This document shows positions 49,433 to 61,751 of a stretch of 64,000 nt of DNA, piece after piece. The translations under genes and the position numbers were made by a program. The stretch comes from an uncultured Planctomycetaceae bacterium (GTDB lineage: Bacteria > Planctomycetota > Planctomycetia > Planctomycetales > Planctomycetaceae), in assembly GCA_963976765.1 (NCBI GenBank), contig CAXBME010000033.1, positions 1 through 64,000 on the forward strand. The letters are read 5' to 3'. The notes beneath the pieces are model-generated. The model was not told the DNA's origin. It saw only the letters and a program-made list of their open reading frames with translations, and ran no database searches. Every line of letters begins with the position of its first letter. Positions within the stretch are counted from its first letter, which is position 1.

Positions 49433-52400
49433 ATGTTCCGACTCTTCAAGACCGCGGCGTTAGTCCTGCTTCTCATCGCTCCAACGTTTGGTCAGCAAGC
49501 CACCCTTTCGGAATCGGCAAGCAAAGAGAAAGGCGCCAAGCCGATCAGGGCGTTGCTGGTGACGGGCGGGTGCTGTCATGACTACGCTCGGCAGAAGCTG
49601 ATTCTTTCGCGGGGAATTTCAGCTCGGGCGAACGTTGTCTGGACCGTCGCTCATCAGGGCGGGACGACGACGAATACTCCGATTCCACTTTACGATGATC
49701 CAAACTGGTCAGACGGATTTGACATCGTCGTTCACAACGAATGCTTTTCCGACGTCAAGGAGAAAGACTTCGTTGAGAACATCGTCAGGCCGCACCGCGA
49801 AGGGTTGCCGGCGATTCTGATTCACTGCGCGATGCACTGTTACCGGACGGGCGATAATCAGTGGTTCGACTTCGTCGGGATGCAGTCGCCAGGACACGGG
49901 CCGCACTACTCATACACGGTCAACAACGTCAAACCCAATCACCCCATCATGAAGGATTTCGGTCAGACGTTCGTCGCCCCGAAGGGCGAGCTTTACCACT
50001 CGATCAAACTGTTCGATACGGCGACGGCGCTCGGGCAGGCCAAGCGGCAGAGCGACGGAGTTCCGCAGACTTGCGTCTGGACCAACCAGTACGGAAAAGG
50101 TCGAGTCTTCGCGACGACGATCGGTCATTACAACGAAACGATGGCCGAGCCGAAGTATCTCGACATGGTCACGCGAGGCTTACTCTGGGCGTGCGATAAA
50201 GACATCGACGCCAGCTTCACGCCGAGCACGGAAAAGATCGACGAAGAGATCCGATCGCTCGTCAACGTTCCGGTCAATCAAGCGGCGGCGCAGACCATCG
50301 CCGGCAACTGCTGCGGCGAAAGCAATCTTGCCTATAAGAAACCGGTCACGTCGAAGAGCTTTCAGGGCGGCAACGAGCGGAATCAACTGACCGATGGATT
50401 GCTGAATACAAGGTGGTGCGCATCGGGTTCTCAGAGCGACGAATGGGTAACGGTCGACCTGGAAAAACCAGAACACGTCAAGGCGCTACGTATTCACTGG
50501 GAGAAGGGCGGCGGAATCGCCTATCGCTATGTTGTTGAAACGTCGGCGGATAATGAAAACTGGAAACAGGTCGTCGACGAATCAAAGAACAAAAAAGGCG
50601 GCAAGATCAAAACTCACACTATCGATGCGCCCGACACTCGCTATGTACGCACCACATTTCTGGGAGCCGACGGCGGCATGTGGGGATCGATCTGGGAGCT
50701 GGAAGTTTCCGCAGGCGAGCTTCCGCAACTGCCGAAAAATGCTGGTGACGACGCAGGGACTGCTGCCGGAATTTCCGACGTGCAGGCACCAGACGGGTTC
50801 AACGTCACGCTGTTTGGAACTCCGCCGGACGTCAACTATCCAGTTTGCCTGGCCGCCGCCGCGACGGGTGAAGTCTTTGTCGGCGTTGATGAACAAGGCT
50901 CGCTCGGCAAGGAAGAAGGCCGAGGAAAAGTTCTTCGCTGTATCGACACCGACGGCGACGGGCAGGCCGACAAAATCAACACATTCGCAAAGATGGATCA
51001 CCCGCGAGGTCTGTTCTACGACAACGGTTCGCTGTGGGTGCTGCATCCACCGTTTCTAAGCGTCTACCACGACGACGATCTGGATGGCACGGCAGATCGA
51101 CACGAAACACTGATCACGGGCATTTCGACTGACGAAGTCAACAAACGCGGAGCGGACCACACGACGAATGGCATTCGCATGGGCATCGACGGTTGGATCT
51201 ACATCGCCGTCGGAGACTTCGGTTTTACCGAAGCGAAGGGAACCGACGGAACCGTTCTGTCGCGGCGCGGCGGCGGGATCGTTCGCGTTCGACCGGACGG
51301 CACGGAAATGGAGATTCACAACTGGGGTCAACGCAACATTCTTGACGTCTGCATCGACCCTTTCATGAATGTCTTCACGCGAGACAACACCAACGACGGA
51401 GGCGGCTGGGATATTCGGCTCAGCCATCTGCTTCAGTCGGGCGAGTACGGTTACCCGTCGCTTTATCTGAACTTCACCGAAGAAAGCATGCCACCGCTGG
51501 CTGACTACGGCGGGGGTTCCGGCTGCGGGGCGATGTTCTTCCACGATTTGCGCTGGCCGGAGCAGTTTTCAAACACGCTCTACACCTGCGACTGGGGGAC
51601 GAGCAACGTCTACCGCCACAACCTGCCGGCCAACGGCGCGACCTTCGATCCTCACCAAGAGGTGTTCCTGAAGATTGCCAGGCCGACGGATATTGACGTC
51701 GACGGCAGCGGTCGGATGTACGTCTCCAGTTGGAAGAACGGTAAGTTCGCGTACGACGGCCCGAATGTCGGTTTTGTCGCTCAGATCACGCCGATCGATT
51801 TCACACCGAAACCGTTCCCGCAACTTGACAGGCTTGATGAAAAACAGCTTGTCGATTTGCTGAGTTCGCCCAGTGCCGTTCATCGGCAACACAGCCAGCT
51901 TGAAATTCTGCGGCGACATGGTGCCGAGATTCAAAAACGCGATGGCAAGCCGATTCAAACTTCCGTGTCCGAAGGCGAAGTGATCATCAATAATCACAGC
52001 CCGGCAGATATTGCTGTTACCGAACTGGCGGTTCTGGCAATGGATCCGGATGCTCCGTTGTATGGTCGAGTTGCCGCGATTTACACATTGAACCAGCTCG
52101 CCGGAGAGTCCGCTCGCGAGTTGCTGTTCAAGCTTTCTGAAGACGCCGATGTTCGCGAGTTCGTACTTCGAGCGTTAACTGACCGCAAGGCCGGACTCGA
52201 CAGACTGCCGCTGGAGCCATTCATCAAGGCGTTGAATGATGAGAACCCGCGTGTCCGCAGTCAGGCTTTAATTTGTCTGGGACGAATTGGTCGATCCGAA
52301 GCGGGTGAAGCAATTCTGCCTCTCACTGCTCGAGCTTCTTACCAGCCAAAGCCGACAACCGAACTACTCTATAAGCAGGCCGATCCAGGCCGAGTAATTC

Positions 52401-53350
52401 CTCACCTCGCCGTTCGAGCGTTGCAGAACTCAAATTCGGTTGATGCCTGTCTGAAAGCTCTGGAAGGGCCGTACTCAGCCGGCGCTTTGTGGGCTCTTAA
52501 GTACATGCACAATGAAGCGGCGGTTTCCGGGTTGATCAAAAGTCTCAGCAGCGTCCGCAATTCAGAAACCCGTCAGGAAATTCTGACGACTCTGATCCGT
52601 CTCTACTTCCGCGAAGGCGACTACACCGGCGGCTGGTGGGGAACTCGCCCAGATCGAGACGGGCCTTACTACGATCGCAAAACCTGGGAACAGAGCGAGC
52701 GAATTGCGTCTGCCGTGAAAACGTTCCTGTTGCAGGCGGATCCCAAAACTCTCGAACTGGCCAGTCAGCAACTGGCAGCTCACAAAGTCAAGATCGCCGG
52801 CCTGCCGACGGTCGCAACCATTACCGGCAAGAGTGAACCGGAAATGGCCATCGAGCTTGCCAAAGCAGACCCGAACGACCCGAATCTGATCGCCAATCTT
52901 TCGCCGGAGATCGCAACCTACCGAGCACTCAATACGGAAGGCGACGCCGCAAGAGGTGAGCCGCTCTTCAAACGTCAGGCGTGCATCGCCTGCCACACGA
53001 CAGCCAACGGTCAGACGCCGAAAGGTCCACACCTTGTCGACATTGGCAAGCGTTACAAGAAGGCCGAGCTGGTCGAATCGATCCTGAATCCCGCCGCGAA
53101 GATCGCTCAAGGCTTCGACACGTACCTCTTCGTGATGGACAGTGGAAAAGTCGTCACCGGATTCGTCAGCGGAGAAAGTGCCGACGAGGTTCAGGTGCGA
53201 CAAACCAACGGGCTCGCCATGTCGCTGAAGAAGGACGACATCGAAATCAGACAGCAGAAGAAGGAGTCGATGATGCCAGTCGGCATTGCCAACAACCTGA
53301 CTCCGGAGCAACTGGCTGACCTTGTCGCGTATCTTCAGTCGTTGAAGTAA
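49433..53350 (+). CDS. ThuA-like + discoidin (F5/8C) + PVC-type beta-propeller dehydrogenase + HEAT repeats + haem c protein
   Basis: Signal peptide, LLVTGGCCHDY, TRWCA...WVTVDL, DTDGDGQAD, GIDGWIYIAVGD, CIACH and GPHLVDIG. Confidence 0.92.
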   Translation: MFRLFKTAALVLLLIAPTFGQQATLSESASKEKGAKPIRALLVTGGCCHDYARQKLILSRGISARANVVWTVAHQGGTTTNTPIPLYDDPNWSDGFDIVVHNECFSDVKEKDFVENIVRPHREGLPAILIHCAMHCYRTGDNQWFDFVGMQSPGHGPHYSYTVNNVKPNHPIMKDFGQTFVAPKGELYHSIKLFDTATALGQAKRQSDGVPQTCVWTNQYGKGRVFATTIGHYNETMAEPKYLDMVTRGLLWACDKDIDASFTPSTEKIDEEIRSLVNVPVNQAAAQTIAGNCCGESNLAYKKPVTSKSFQGGNERNQLTDGLLNTRWCASGSQSDEWVTVDLEKPEHVKALRIHWEKGGGIAYRYVVETSADNENWKQVVDESKNKKGGKIKTHTIDAPDTRYVRTTFLGADGGMWGSIWELEVSAGELPQLPKNAGDDAGTAAGISDVQAPDGFNVTLFGTPPDVNYPVCLAAAATGEVFVGVDEQGSLGKEEGRGKVLRCIDTDGDGQADKINTFAKMDHPRGLFYDNGSLWVLHPPFLSVYHDDDLDGTADRHETLITGISTDEVNKRGADHTTNGIRMGIDGWIYIAVGDFGFTEAKGTDGTVLSRRGGGIVRVRPDGTEMEIHNWGQRNILDVCIDPFMNVFTRDNTNDGGGWDIRLSHLLQSGEYGYPSLYLNFTEESMPPLADYGGGSGCGAMFFHDLRWPEQFSNTLYTCDWGTSNVYRHNLPANGATFDPHQEVFLKIARPTDIDVDGSGRMYVSSWKNGKFAYDGPNVGFVAQITPIDFTPKPFPQLDRLDEKQLVDLLSSPSAVHRQHSQLEILRRHGAEIQKRDGKPIQTSVSEGEVIINNHSPADIAVTELAVLAMDPDAPLYGRVAAIYTLNQLAGESARELLFKLSEDADVREFVLRALTDRKAGLDRLPLEPFIKALNDENPRVRSQALICLGRIGRSEAGEAILPLTARASYQPKPTTELLYKQADPGRVIPHLAVRALQNSNSVDACLKALEGPYSAGALWALKYMHNEAAVSGLIKSLSSVRNSETRQEILTTLIRLYFREGDYTGGWWGTRPDRDGPYYDRKTWEQSERIASAVKTFLLQADPKTLELASQQLAAHKVKIAGLPTVATITGKSEPEMAIELAKADPNDPNLIANLSPEIATYRALNTEGDAARGEPLFKRQACIACHTTANGQTPKGPHLVDIGKRYKKAELVESILNPAAKIAQGFDTYLFVMDSGKVVTGFVSGESADEVQVRQTNGLAMSLKKDDIEIRQQKKESMMPVGIANNLTPEQLADLVAYLQSLK

Positions 53351-53368
53351 TACTTTTCCAGCGGCAGG

Positions 53369-56278
53369 TCACCTGTTTGCAATCCGTCGCGACCGGCCTG
53401 TCCAATCATCAAGCTGCCAAACATTGACGACGTTTTCTTCGCCGGTCGTTACAAGCTGAGAACTGTCCGGTGAGAACTTCAAGGCAACGACAGGGCCAAG
53501 GTGCGCGGTGAATTCCCGCATTGGGTCATCTTTGCCGAGTTTCCAAAGCCGAATTTTTCCCTGTTCAGTTCCAACGGCAAGAAGTGACCCATCCGGCGAA
53601 ACAGTGCGTCTACTGGTTTGCGACTCAAGCTTTATTTCTCTCTCAACTCGTTGTTCGTCGAGGTTCAGAATCTGGTATCCAGACGTGACCGCCAGCACGA
53701 GTCGGCTGCCGCGAGTATCCAGAAAACACGCCGGAGACTCGACACCTTCGGCCATCACCTGCTTGCGAGTCTGGACCCGAAGACCGATTTCTTCGGTCCA
53801 CCCCGAATTCTTCGATTCCCACAGGCTGACTCGAAAAGTGCCCGCGTCGTACTCCCCGTAAGTCATGATGCGTCGTCCATCTTTCGAGAACAGAATCAGT
53901 GTGACTGCTTTCGTGCCACCGATCTTGTCGGCAAGCAGCCAGGCCTGCTCATGCTCGTGTTCTTCGATCAGCTGCGTCTGCTTCAGCGATGTGGCATCAA
54001 GTGCGATCAGTTTGTGAGCTTTCCGTTCTCGGATACTCGCAATCAGTGTGGTGCCGTCCGGGCTGAAAGCCATTGCTGTCGTATAGCTTTCGTAAGATTC
54101 GTAAGAAGCGACTTCACGCAAAGTTTGTGCATCGATCAATCGAATGACTGGCCCCAACGTCTGTTCTGAGCCACGAACTCCAATGGCGAAATACTTTCCG
54201 TCTGGCGACCTTGTCGCCATCATCGGCGTTTCACTCAGAGTCATTGAGCGACCAGTTGATCTGCTGAGTACGGCTGCCGACGGCAATATCACGATGTTCT
54301 GACCGTTGCCGCCAATCTCCAGATGCTGCAACTTGCCAGAGATTGCTGGCCAGTGTCGGAGCTCGACGCCAGTTGGGAGATCCCACATATGCAATTTCGC
54401 CTCAGGCTGTTCTGCTGTCGCGGGCTCTTGACGACCGACGGCGATTTGAGTGCCATCAGAGGAGAAATCTATTTCCACTGAACCCGTCGCGATACGAGAC
54501 CTAACCGGCGTTTTAAAATCAAATGATGTCTCGAACGAAGCGACGAGCGATGGAGTTTCAGCTGTGGATTCACGGACACTCGATCGAGGTTCAACTGCCA
54601 GTATGGAATTTCGATTCACATCGAAATTCCCGGCAGATGTCGAAGCACGAAGTTGTTCGTAAAGCTTCAGGCGTTCTTCTGACATTCCGGACGTGAGCTC
54701 ATTTTCACCTGCTGACTTGTCCTTAGTTGAAAGGCTGGCAAATTCGTAACGAACAACTGCTTGAGCAATCTTGCGAGTTCGTCTTGTATCGCGAGGGTCG
54801 GCTCCGGACGGCCACCACTGGAGAACTCCCGCCGCGTCTATCGTGACAATGCAGCGTTGAAATCGCCGATTGGCGTCTTGTGAAGGAAATCCAACAGTGA
54901 CGATCTGCGATTCATCGTTCGGAAGGGTTTCTTCCAGAAGTTTATTTGTCGCGACATCCCAAACTCGAACGAGGCCATCGTCGCAGCCAGTCAGCAGCAG
55001 TTTTGAGTCATCAGACAGCGCCACCGCTCGCACTCTGGCCGGGTGCGCAATCTCTGGGATTTCGTTCTTTCCGGCAGGCTTGGTTTTCTTAATTGGCTGC
55101 GCCGTTTCACCTTCAGCAAACTCAAGTGAAAGCAACAGAATTTCGCCCTGACCGTGTGCGATGGCAACCATCTTCTCGTCAGGGCTGACCGAAACTGCTG
55201 TGATTTCATTGCCGATTTCGGCCACTTCAATCGGCGAAGCGTCTTCGTTATTGATCGACCAGATCCGAATCTGACCGTCGGCTCCAGTCGACATCAGGCG
55301 ATTGCCACTCAGTTGGTAAAGAGCGAGTGTCTCGGCTTTATGAGCTGAAAAGCTGCCGACCACACTCAGCTGGACATCAGCTGACTCTTGATCGCCGATC
55401 TTCCAGATTCGAATTTGACCATCGACTCCCCCCGTCACGACTCGTTCATTATCCGATAACAACATCGCTTGAGTGACCGCGCCGACGTGTCCCTTCTCGC
55501 CAGCCGCATTCCGTTGAATGCTCGCCAGAAACTTTTTGGCGTATGCGTCATAATTGCTTGTGTCGACGGTCCGAAAAGCTCGAATGCTTCCATCAGCCAT
55601 GCCGGCAATTACCAGTTTGCCGTCTGAGTTCGTCGTCACCGTGGTGATGGAATTTTCGCTCGAGTATTCAAAGCTTGAAACCGGCAGGCCGGTGTACTGG
55701 TCGAAAATGATCAGCTTGCGTTCGTTGTTTCCAGCGAACACGGCAACACTTCCGCTGGACCTGAAAATGCTGCCTGCCATCGGAATTCGATCGACCTTTG
55801 GTCTATCGTGAATTTTCGGGCGATCATCTTCAGCTGGTGCAACTGCAGGATCAGTTTCTAACATCGCATTTTCTGTCGGGCGTCCATCCGTTTCGACGAC
55901 CGTTAATGGACTTCTGGAGGCGGCAGGCTTCGAAACGTCGGCCTCTGGTGACACTGTTGTCGCTGCCGGGGCTACGTTGACGATCCCTGCTCGGTCGTTT
56001 TCGTCGTGTTTCTGAGGTGTAATCTCAGCAACTTTGTTTACTGCCGTAGCCGTTTCCACAACTGGTGTTTCTGCAGGCACCGTCTCGACAGGTGGAGGAA
56101 CTTTATCGGAAACGGAACCGCGGATAACGGTCGGCCCGAAATCTTCATCGTCACTGCCACAGCCAGCTGCAAAAATCAGAAGTGACAGGCTGGCGGGCCT
56201 CAAGCCTGCAAAGCATCGCGAAACGCTGCTTTGCATTCTTTGCGGAAGACGATTATTGAACTTGAGCTGTGTTGTCAT
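53369..56278 (-). CDS. WD40-repeat lipoprotein
   Basis: Lipobox FAAGC and GH...DGxIRIW / VRVWD repeats. Start likely 56278 or 56236, since the ORF-track start overlaps the next gene. Confidence 0.88.
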   Translation of the reverse strand: MTTQLKFNNRLPQRMQSSVSRCFAGLRPASLSLLIFAAGCGSDDEDFGPTVIRGSVSDKVPPPVETVPAETPVVETATAVNKVAEITPQKHDENDRAGIVNVAPAATTVSPEADVSKPAASRSPLTVVETDGRPTENAMLETDPAVAPAEDDRPKIHDRPKVDRIPMAGSIFRSSGSVAVFAGNNERKLIIFDQYTGLPVSSFEYSSENSITTVTTNSDGKLVIAGMADGSIRAFRTVDTSNYDAYAKKFLASIQRNAAGEKGHVGAVTQAMLLSDNERVVTGGVDGQIRIWKIGDQESADVQLSVVGSFSAHKAETLALYQLSGNRLMSTGADGQIRIWSINNEDASPIEVAEIGNEITAVSVSPDEKMVAIAHGQGEILLLSLEFAEGETAQPIKKTKPAGKNEIPEIAHPARVRAVALSDDSKLLLTGCDDGLVRVWDVATNKLLEETLPNDESQIVTVGFPSQDANRRFQRCIVTIDAAGVLQWWPSGADPRDTRRTRKIAQAVVRYEFASLSTKDKSAGENELTSGMSEERLKLYEQLRASTSAGNFDVNRNSILAVEPRSSVRESTAETPSLVASFETSFDFKTPVRSRIATGSVEIDFSSDGTQIAVGRQEPATAEQPEAKLHMWDLPTGVELRHWPAISGKLQHLEIGGNGQNIVILPSAAVLSRSTGRSMTLSETPMMATRSPDGKYFAIGVRGSEQTLGPVIRLIDAQTLREVASYESYESYTTAMAFSPDGTTLIASIRERKAHKLIALDATSLKQTQLIEEHEHEQAWLLADKIGGTKAVTLILFSKDGRRIMTYGEYDAGTFRVSLWESKNSGWTEEIGLRVQTRKQVMAEGVESPACFLDTRGSRLVLAVTSGYQILNLDEQRVEREIKLESQTSRRTVSPDGSLLAVGTEQGKIRLWKLGKDDPMREFTAHLGPVVALKFSPDSSQLVTTGEENVVNVWQLDDWTGRSRRIANR

Positions 56279-56457
56279 TGGGGCGCACCTCATCGAAGAC
56301 TCCGATCCGGGCATGTTCCCCCGGAACCTCAAAGCGTGATGCGTATCACGATTGCGTGAGCGATTTGTTAAGCTGGTGTGAACGACAGAAAAACAGGCCG
56401 AAGAATCAAATTCGGCATTGATGAAAGGCCGGTCAGATCGACATATCAGTTCAGAAT

Positions 56458-57609
56458 GTGATTTACCTCGATAACGCCGCGACGAGCTTTCCAAAGCCTG
56501 AGTGCGTGTACGACGCTGTCGACAAGTACAACCGCCAGAACGGACGTGCAGTGGGGCGAGGCTCGTCGGACCTTGGCCAGAAATTGCAGCAGACCGTTGA
56601 ACGATGTCGCTTTCGGGCGGCACAGGTTCTGGGGGCGACGGCGAAAGAGCAGATCGTTTTTACCCTGAACTGTACCGACAGCCTGAACATGATCCTGCAC
56701 GGTTTGTTGACGCCGGGCGACCATGTGGTGACGTCAGTGGCCGAGCACAACTCGGTCCTGCGACCGCTGCGGCAACTGGAAGCGACTCGCGATGTGACGC
56801 TCACACTGGTCGACGTTGATGAGGCCGGCTTCTTCGCCGCAACCGATGTTGAAAAAGCGATTCGCCCGGAAACGCAGCTCGTCATTCTGCAGCACGCTTC
56901 GAACGTGACGGGAGCCATTCAACCGATCGACGACGTCGCCGCGATTACCGATAAGCATTCGGTCTCGTTCGCGATTGATGCCGCACAGACCGCCGGGCAT
57001 GTCCCACTGAATGTCGAGCAACTCGGCGCGGACTTCGTCGCCTGCTCCGGACACAAGGGACTGATGGGGCCGCTCGGAACGGGGCTGCTTTACGTGGCTG
57101 CGGGGCAAGAGAAAGACTTAATGCCGACTCGTCAGGGGGGAACCGGCTCGCGCAGCGAAGTCGACACTCAGCCGGAATCCATGCCCGACCGTTACGAATC
57201 CGGCAACCACAATGCTCCAGGACTGGTGGGGCTCGACGCGGCTCTGGGCTTCATCCTTAAAAAAGGAATCGACGAACTGCGACAGCACGAGATAACTCTG
57301 GCTGAGCGACTTTGCGAAAGTGTTAGAAGCATTCCGTCGCTGACGCTTTATTCGAGCGATGATCGAAACCGGCACACGGGAGTTGTGAGTTTGACGTCAG
57401 AGCTGTATACGTCGGACGAGCTGGCTCTGCTGTTGAGCCAGCATTTCGGAATCGATACTCGATCCGGGCTTCACTGCGCTCCGGGAATCCATCGCCGATT
57501 AGGAACAATCGAGCGACAAGGAACCGTCAGGATGAGCGTCGGGTTTCTGACGACTCAGGACGACATTGATGCCGTCATTGATGCGTTGCAACAGGTTTCC
57601 GCCGGTTAA
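56458..57609 (+). CDS. Class V PLP aminotransferase, cysteine desulfurase family
   Basis: IYLDNAATS, EHNSV, HASNVTG, DAAQ, SGHK (PLP Lys) and RSGLHCAP. Confidence 0.95.
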   Translation: MIYLDNAATSFPKPECVYDAVDKYNRQNGRAVGRGSSDLGQKLQQTVERCRFRAAQVLGATAKEQIVFTLNCTDSLNMILHGLLTPGDHVVTSVAEHNSVLRPLRQLEATRDVTLTLVDVDEAGFFAATDVEKAIRPETQLVILQHASNVTGAIQPIDDVAAITDKHSVSFAIDAAQTAGHVPLNVEQLGADFVACSGHKGLMGPLGTGLLYVAAGQEKDLMPTRQGGTGSRSEVDTQPESMPDRYESGNHNAPGLVGLDAALGFILKKGIDELRQHEITLAERLCESVRSIPSLTLYSSDDRNRHTGVVSLTSELYTSDELALLLSQHFGIDTRSGLHCAPGIHRRLGTIERQGTVRMSVGFLTTQDDIDAVIDALQQVSAG

Positions 57610-57630
57610 GAAAAGTACCAGTTGATTTTT

Positions 57631-58854
57631 ATGGACCTAATTTCAAATTCGTCGCCCGTCAAAACGTTGCCCACCGTCGCGCTGAAGAAAAAGCGAGCAC
57701 TGCCGTTTTTCAACCAGCATCCCTGGATATTCACCGGCGCCGTGCTGAGTGTCTCCGGGAATCCTGTTCCAGGCGACGAAGTCATCGTGCGCGACGACAG
57801 CGGAAAGTTCGTTGCGCGAGGTCTGTTCAATTCGAACAGTAATATCCGGGTTCGGCTGTATTCGTGGGACGAAGACGCGCCGCTGGATCGAGCCTTCTGG
57901 AATCAGCGAATCATCGATGCCGTGGCGCTGCGTGCCGACTGTGTTCAGAACGAAGAGACAACAGCATGCCGATTGATTAACAGCGAAGCTGACGGTCTGT
58001 CCGGCCTGACTGTGGATCGGTACGGAGACTGGCTGCTGGTCCAACTGACCAGCCTGGCTCTGGCCGAGAGAAAGGAAATCCTGTTCGACCTGCTGGAAGA
58101 GCACTGCTCACCGAAAGGGATCTGGCTTCGCACCGAGAAGGGCATTCGACAGTTGGAGGGGCTTGAAATCCAGGACGGCCTGGTTCGAGGTGAGCAGCCG
58201 GAGCGAGTAATCTCGATCAAAGAAAATGGACTGACGTTTGTCGTGGACGTTGCCGAGGGGCAAAAGACGGGGTTCTTCCTGGATCAGCGAGACAACCGCC
58301 GGGCACTCGCTCAGTACACCGCCGGGCACCGCGTTCTGGATCTCTTCTGCTATTCAGGCGGCTTCGGAGTCACGGCGGCGGCGTTGGGAAACGCGGCATC
58401 GGTCATCTGTGTCGATTCTTCACAGCCCGCTTTGGACTCGGCCCGACAGAATGCGGAAGCCAATGGAGTCTCCGAAAAGGTCGAATGCATCAGGTCAGAC
58501 GCTTTCAAGTATCTGGAAACGGCTCGTGATGAGTCCGCTCAGTTCGACACGATTATCCTCGACCCGCCCAAGATGACTCGCACTCAGAGCGGGGCCAAAA
58601 CCGCGCTGCGAGCGTACCACAGTCTCAATGACCTGGCTGTTTCAGTGTTGCGGCCCGGCGGGATTCTCGTCACCTGTTGCTGCTCCGGACACATCAGTCC
58701 TGACGATTTCAACCGGATGCTGTCCGGTGTTGCTACGGCATCGGGACGACGGATTCAGATTCTTGAGTCACGTGGCCACGCAGCCGATCATCCGGTTTCT
58801 CCGAATTGTCCGGAGAATGCGTACCTGAAATGCCTGATCTGCCGCGTTGTGTGA
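57631..58854 (+). CDS. rlmI: RlmI-like SAM-dependent rRNA methyltransferase with PUA domain
   Basis: HPWIF, SEADGLSGLTVDRY, GQKTGFFLDQRDNR, LDLFCYSGGF, ILDPPK and YLK. Confidence 0.88.
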   Translation: MDLISNSSPVKTLPTVALKKKRALPFFNQHPWIFTGAVLSVSGNPVPGDEVIVRDDSGKFVARGLFNSNSNIRVRLYSWDEDAPLDRAFWNQRIIDAVALRADCVQNEETTACRLINSEADGLSGLTVDRYGDWLLVQLTSLALAERKEILFDLLEEHCSPKGIWLRTEKGIRQLEGLEIQDGLVRGEQPERVISIKENGLTFVVDVAEGQKTGFFLDQRDNRRALAQYTAGHRVLDLFCYSGGFGVTAAALGNAASVICVDSSQPALDSARQNAEANGVSEKVECIRSDAFKYLETARDESAQFDTIILDPPKMTRTQSGAKTALRAYHSLNDLAVSVLRPGGILVTCCCSGHISPDDFNRMLSGVATASGRRIQILESRGHAADHPVSPNCPENAYLKCLICRVV

Positions 58855-58998
58855 CAGGTTCTGCGGAAACAGGCGAACCTTCTGCCGAAAAGTGATTCCA
58901 GAACAAGGCGTCGTCGACTTGTCGATCTATGTCAGGGAGATATAATCTCCACCCCTCAGGGCTGATGAGTATCGGTCGTCGGAAAGTTGAGATAAGAA

Positions 58999-59084
58999 GC
59001 GCAAGTGGCGAAATTGGCAGACGCGCCAGGTTGAGGGCCTGGTGGGAGTTAAATCCCGTGGAGGTTCAAGTCCTCTCTTGCGCA
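58999..59084 (+). tRNA. tRNA-Leu (anticodon GAG), CCA not encoded
   Basis: Acceptor GCGCAAG/CTTGCGC, anticodon arm CCAGG-TTGAGGG-CCTGG, long variable arm GGGA-GTTAAA-TCCC, T-arm GGAGG-TTCAAGT-CCTCT. Confidence 0.97.
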
Positions 59085-59092
59085 TTTCAGTG

Positions 59093-59128
59093 AAAGGGTT
59101 TACGTCATTTCGACGTAAACCCTTTTTT
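59093..59128 (+). terminator. tRNA terminator
   Basis: Perfect 14-bp stem AAAGGGTTTACGTC/GACGTAAACCCTTT plus Ts. Confidence 0.85.
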
Positions 59129-59335
59129 CGTTGAGAGGCCGTACTGTCAGCATCTTGTGAATGCTGTTGGATTTGCATGCCGCTTGCGTCGGCGGTCGAC
59201 GCTCACTGCTGACTCCTGCGATTTGATTCGCGTCACGCGAACAAAGCAGTCTCGGATTGTGACCGTCGCTGCCTGCTACAGCCTCGCAGCGACAGAAACG
59301 TGTTTTCAAACAAACGAACCTCGTGCGGCTACGTC

Positions 59336-59359
59336 GCCCCGGTTGCTTGCAACCAGGGC
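59336..59359. repeat. Short intergenic palindrome
   Basis: GCCCCGGTTGC-TT-GCAACCAGGGC. Confidence 0.4.
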
Positions 59360-59420
59360 CGTCCGAACGATGGTGAATTCGCGTCTGACTTTGCAGTCAA
59401 ATTATGAGGACAGCAAACGA

Positions 59421-59457
59421 AAAACGCCCAGCGAAAACGGATCTCGCCGGGCGTTTT
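59421..59457 (-). terminator. groEL terminator
   Basis: AAAACGCCC-A-GCGA...TCGC-C-GGGCGTTTT, about 30 nt after the groEL stop. Confidence 0.8.
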
Positions 59458-59486
59458 GGATTTTCAGTAGCAGTTCACTCACGGGC

Positions 59487-61097
<1,611 letters not shown>

Positions 61098-61235
61098 GAG
61101 TTGAGTTCTCCTGTGAACTTTTCTGAATGATGAGTGGCCGGGTTCAGCGCGTGCTGAGGAACCGGTCGGAAATCTCTCGGCTTCCACGGTTCGGACGTTG
61201 GAGCCGAACCAGGTCAGTCGAGCCTGTCGATCGAA

Positions 61236-61562
61236 TTAGATCGTGGCGAGAATGTCGCTTTCGCGAAGCAGCAGAAACTCGTCGTCGCCCACACTGATTT
61301 CTTCGCCGGCGTACGAGCTGAACAGAACTTTGTCACCAGCTTTCACGGTCAGTTCGATTTTCGTTCCATCGCTTTTCACGTGACCATCGCCGACGGCGAC
61401 AACAGTGCCTCGCTGCGGCTTGTCCCTGGCCGAGTCAGGCAGCACGATTCCACCTGCAGTTTTGTCCTCAGCAACATCCCGTTGCAGGACAACGCGGTCA
61501 CCCAGTGGAATCAGGTTTGTTTTCTTTGCGGACTTGGATTTTTTCGCAGTCGCTGTCGCCAT
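61236..61562 (-). CDS. groS: Co-chaperonin GroES (108 aa)
   Basis: PLGDRVV, TAGGIVLPD, VVAVGDG and ESDILA. AGGAG RBS. Confidence 0.98.
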   Translation of the reverse strand: MATATAKKSKSAKKTNLIPLGDRVVLQRDVAEDKTAGGIVLPDSARDKPQRGTVVAVGDGHVKSDGTKIELTVKAGDKVLFSSYAGEEISVGDDEFLLLRESDILATI

Positions 61563-61735
61563 TTCACGCTCCTGTGTCGCTATTTCACAATTTGTTATAT
61601 CGATTTGCGTTTGCCTGACTGTCCGTCGCAGGCCGATCCGCAGGATCAGGCTGCCTCTGAGGCAGCCAACGTCCGCCATCCGTGTCGGAAAATCACGACA
61701 TACCGGCAGCCCGATTTCAGGCTGACTCCTAGGTA

Positions 61736-61751
61736 AGCGAACGACGTGCCA
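61736..61751 (-). promoter_or_regulatory. Putative sigma54 (-24/-12) promoter of groESL
   Basis: Minus strand reads TGGCACGTCGTTCGCT, with exact GG-N10-GC spacing. Confidence 0.6.

Noticed and set aside
56279..56623. N-terminal extension of the WD40 ORF in the ORF track
   Set aside because: It overlaps the divergent cysteine desulfurase gene. The lipoprotein signal indicates a later start.
58999..59480. tRNA-Leu as an occupied integration site
   Set aside because: No integrase follows it and I saw no duplicated tRNA 3' end. groEL follows directly.
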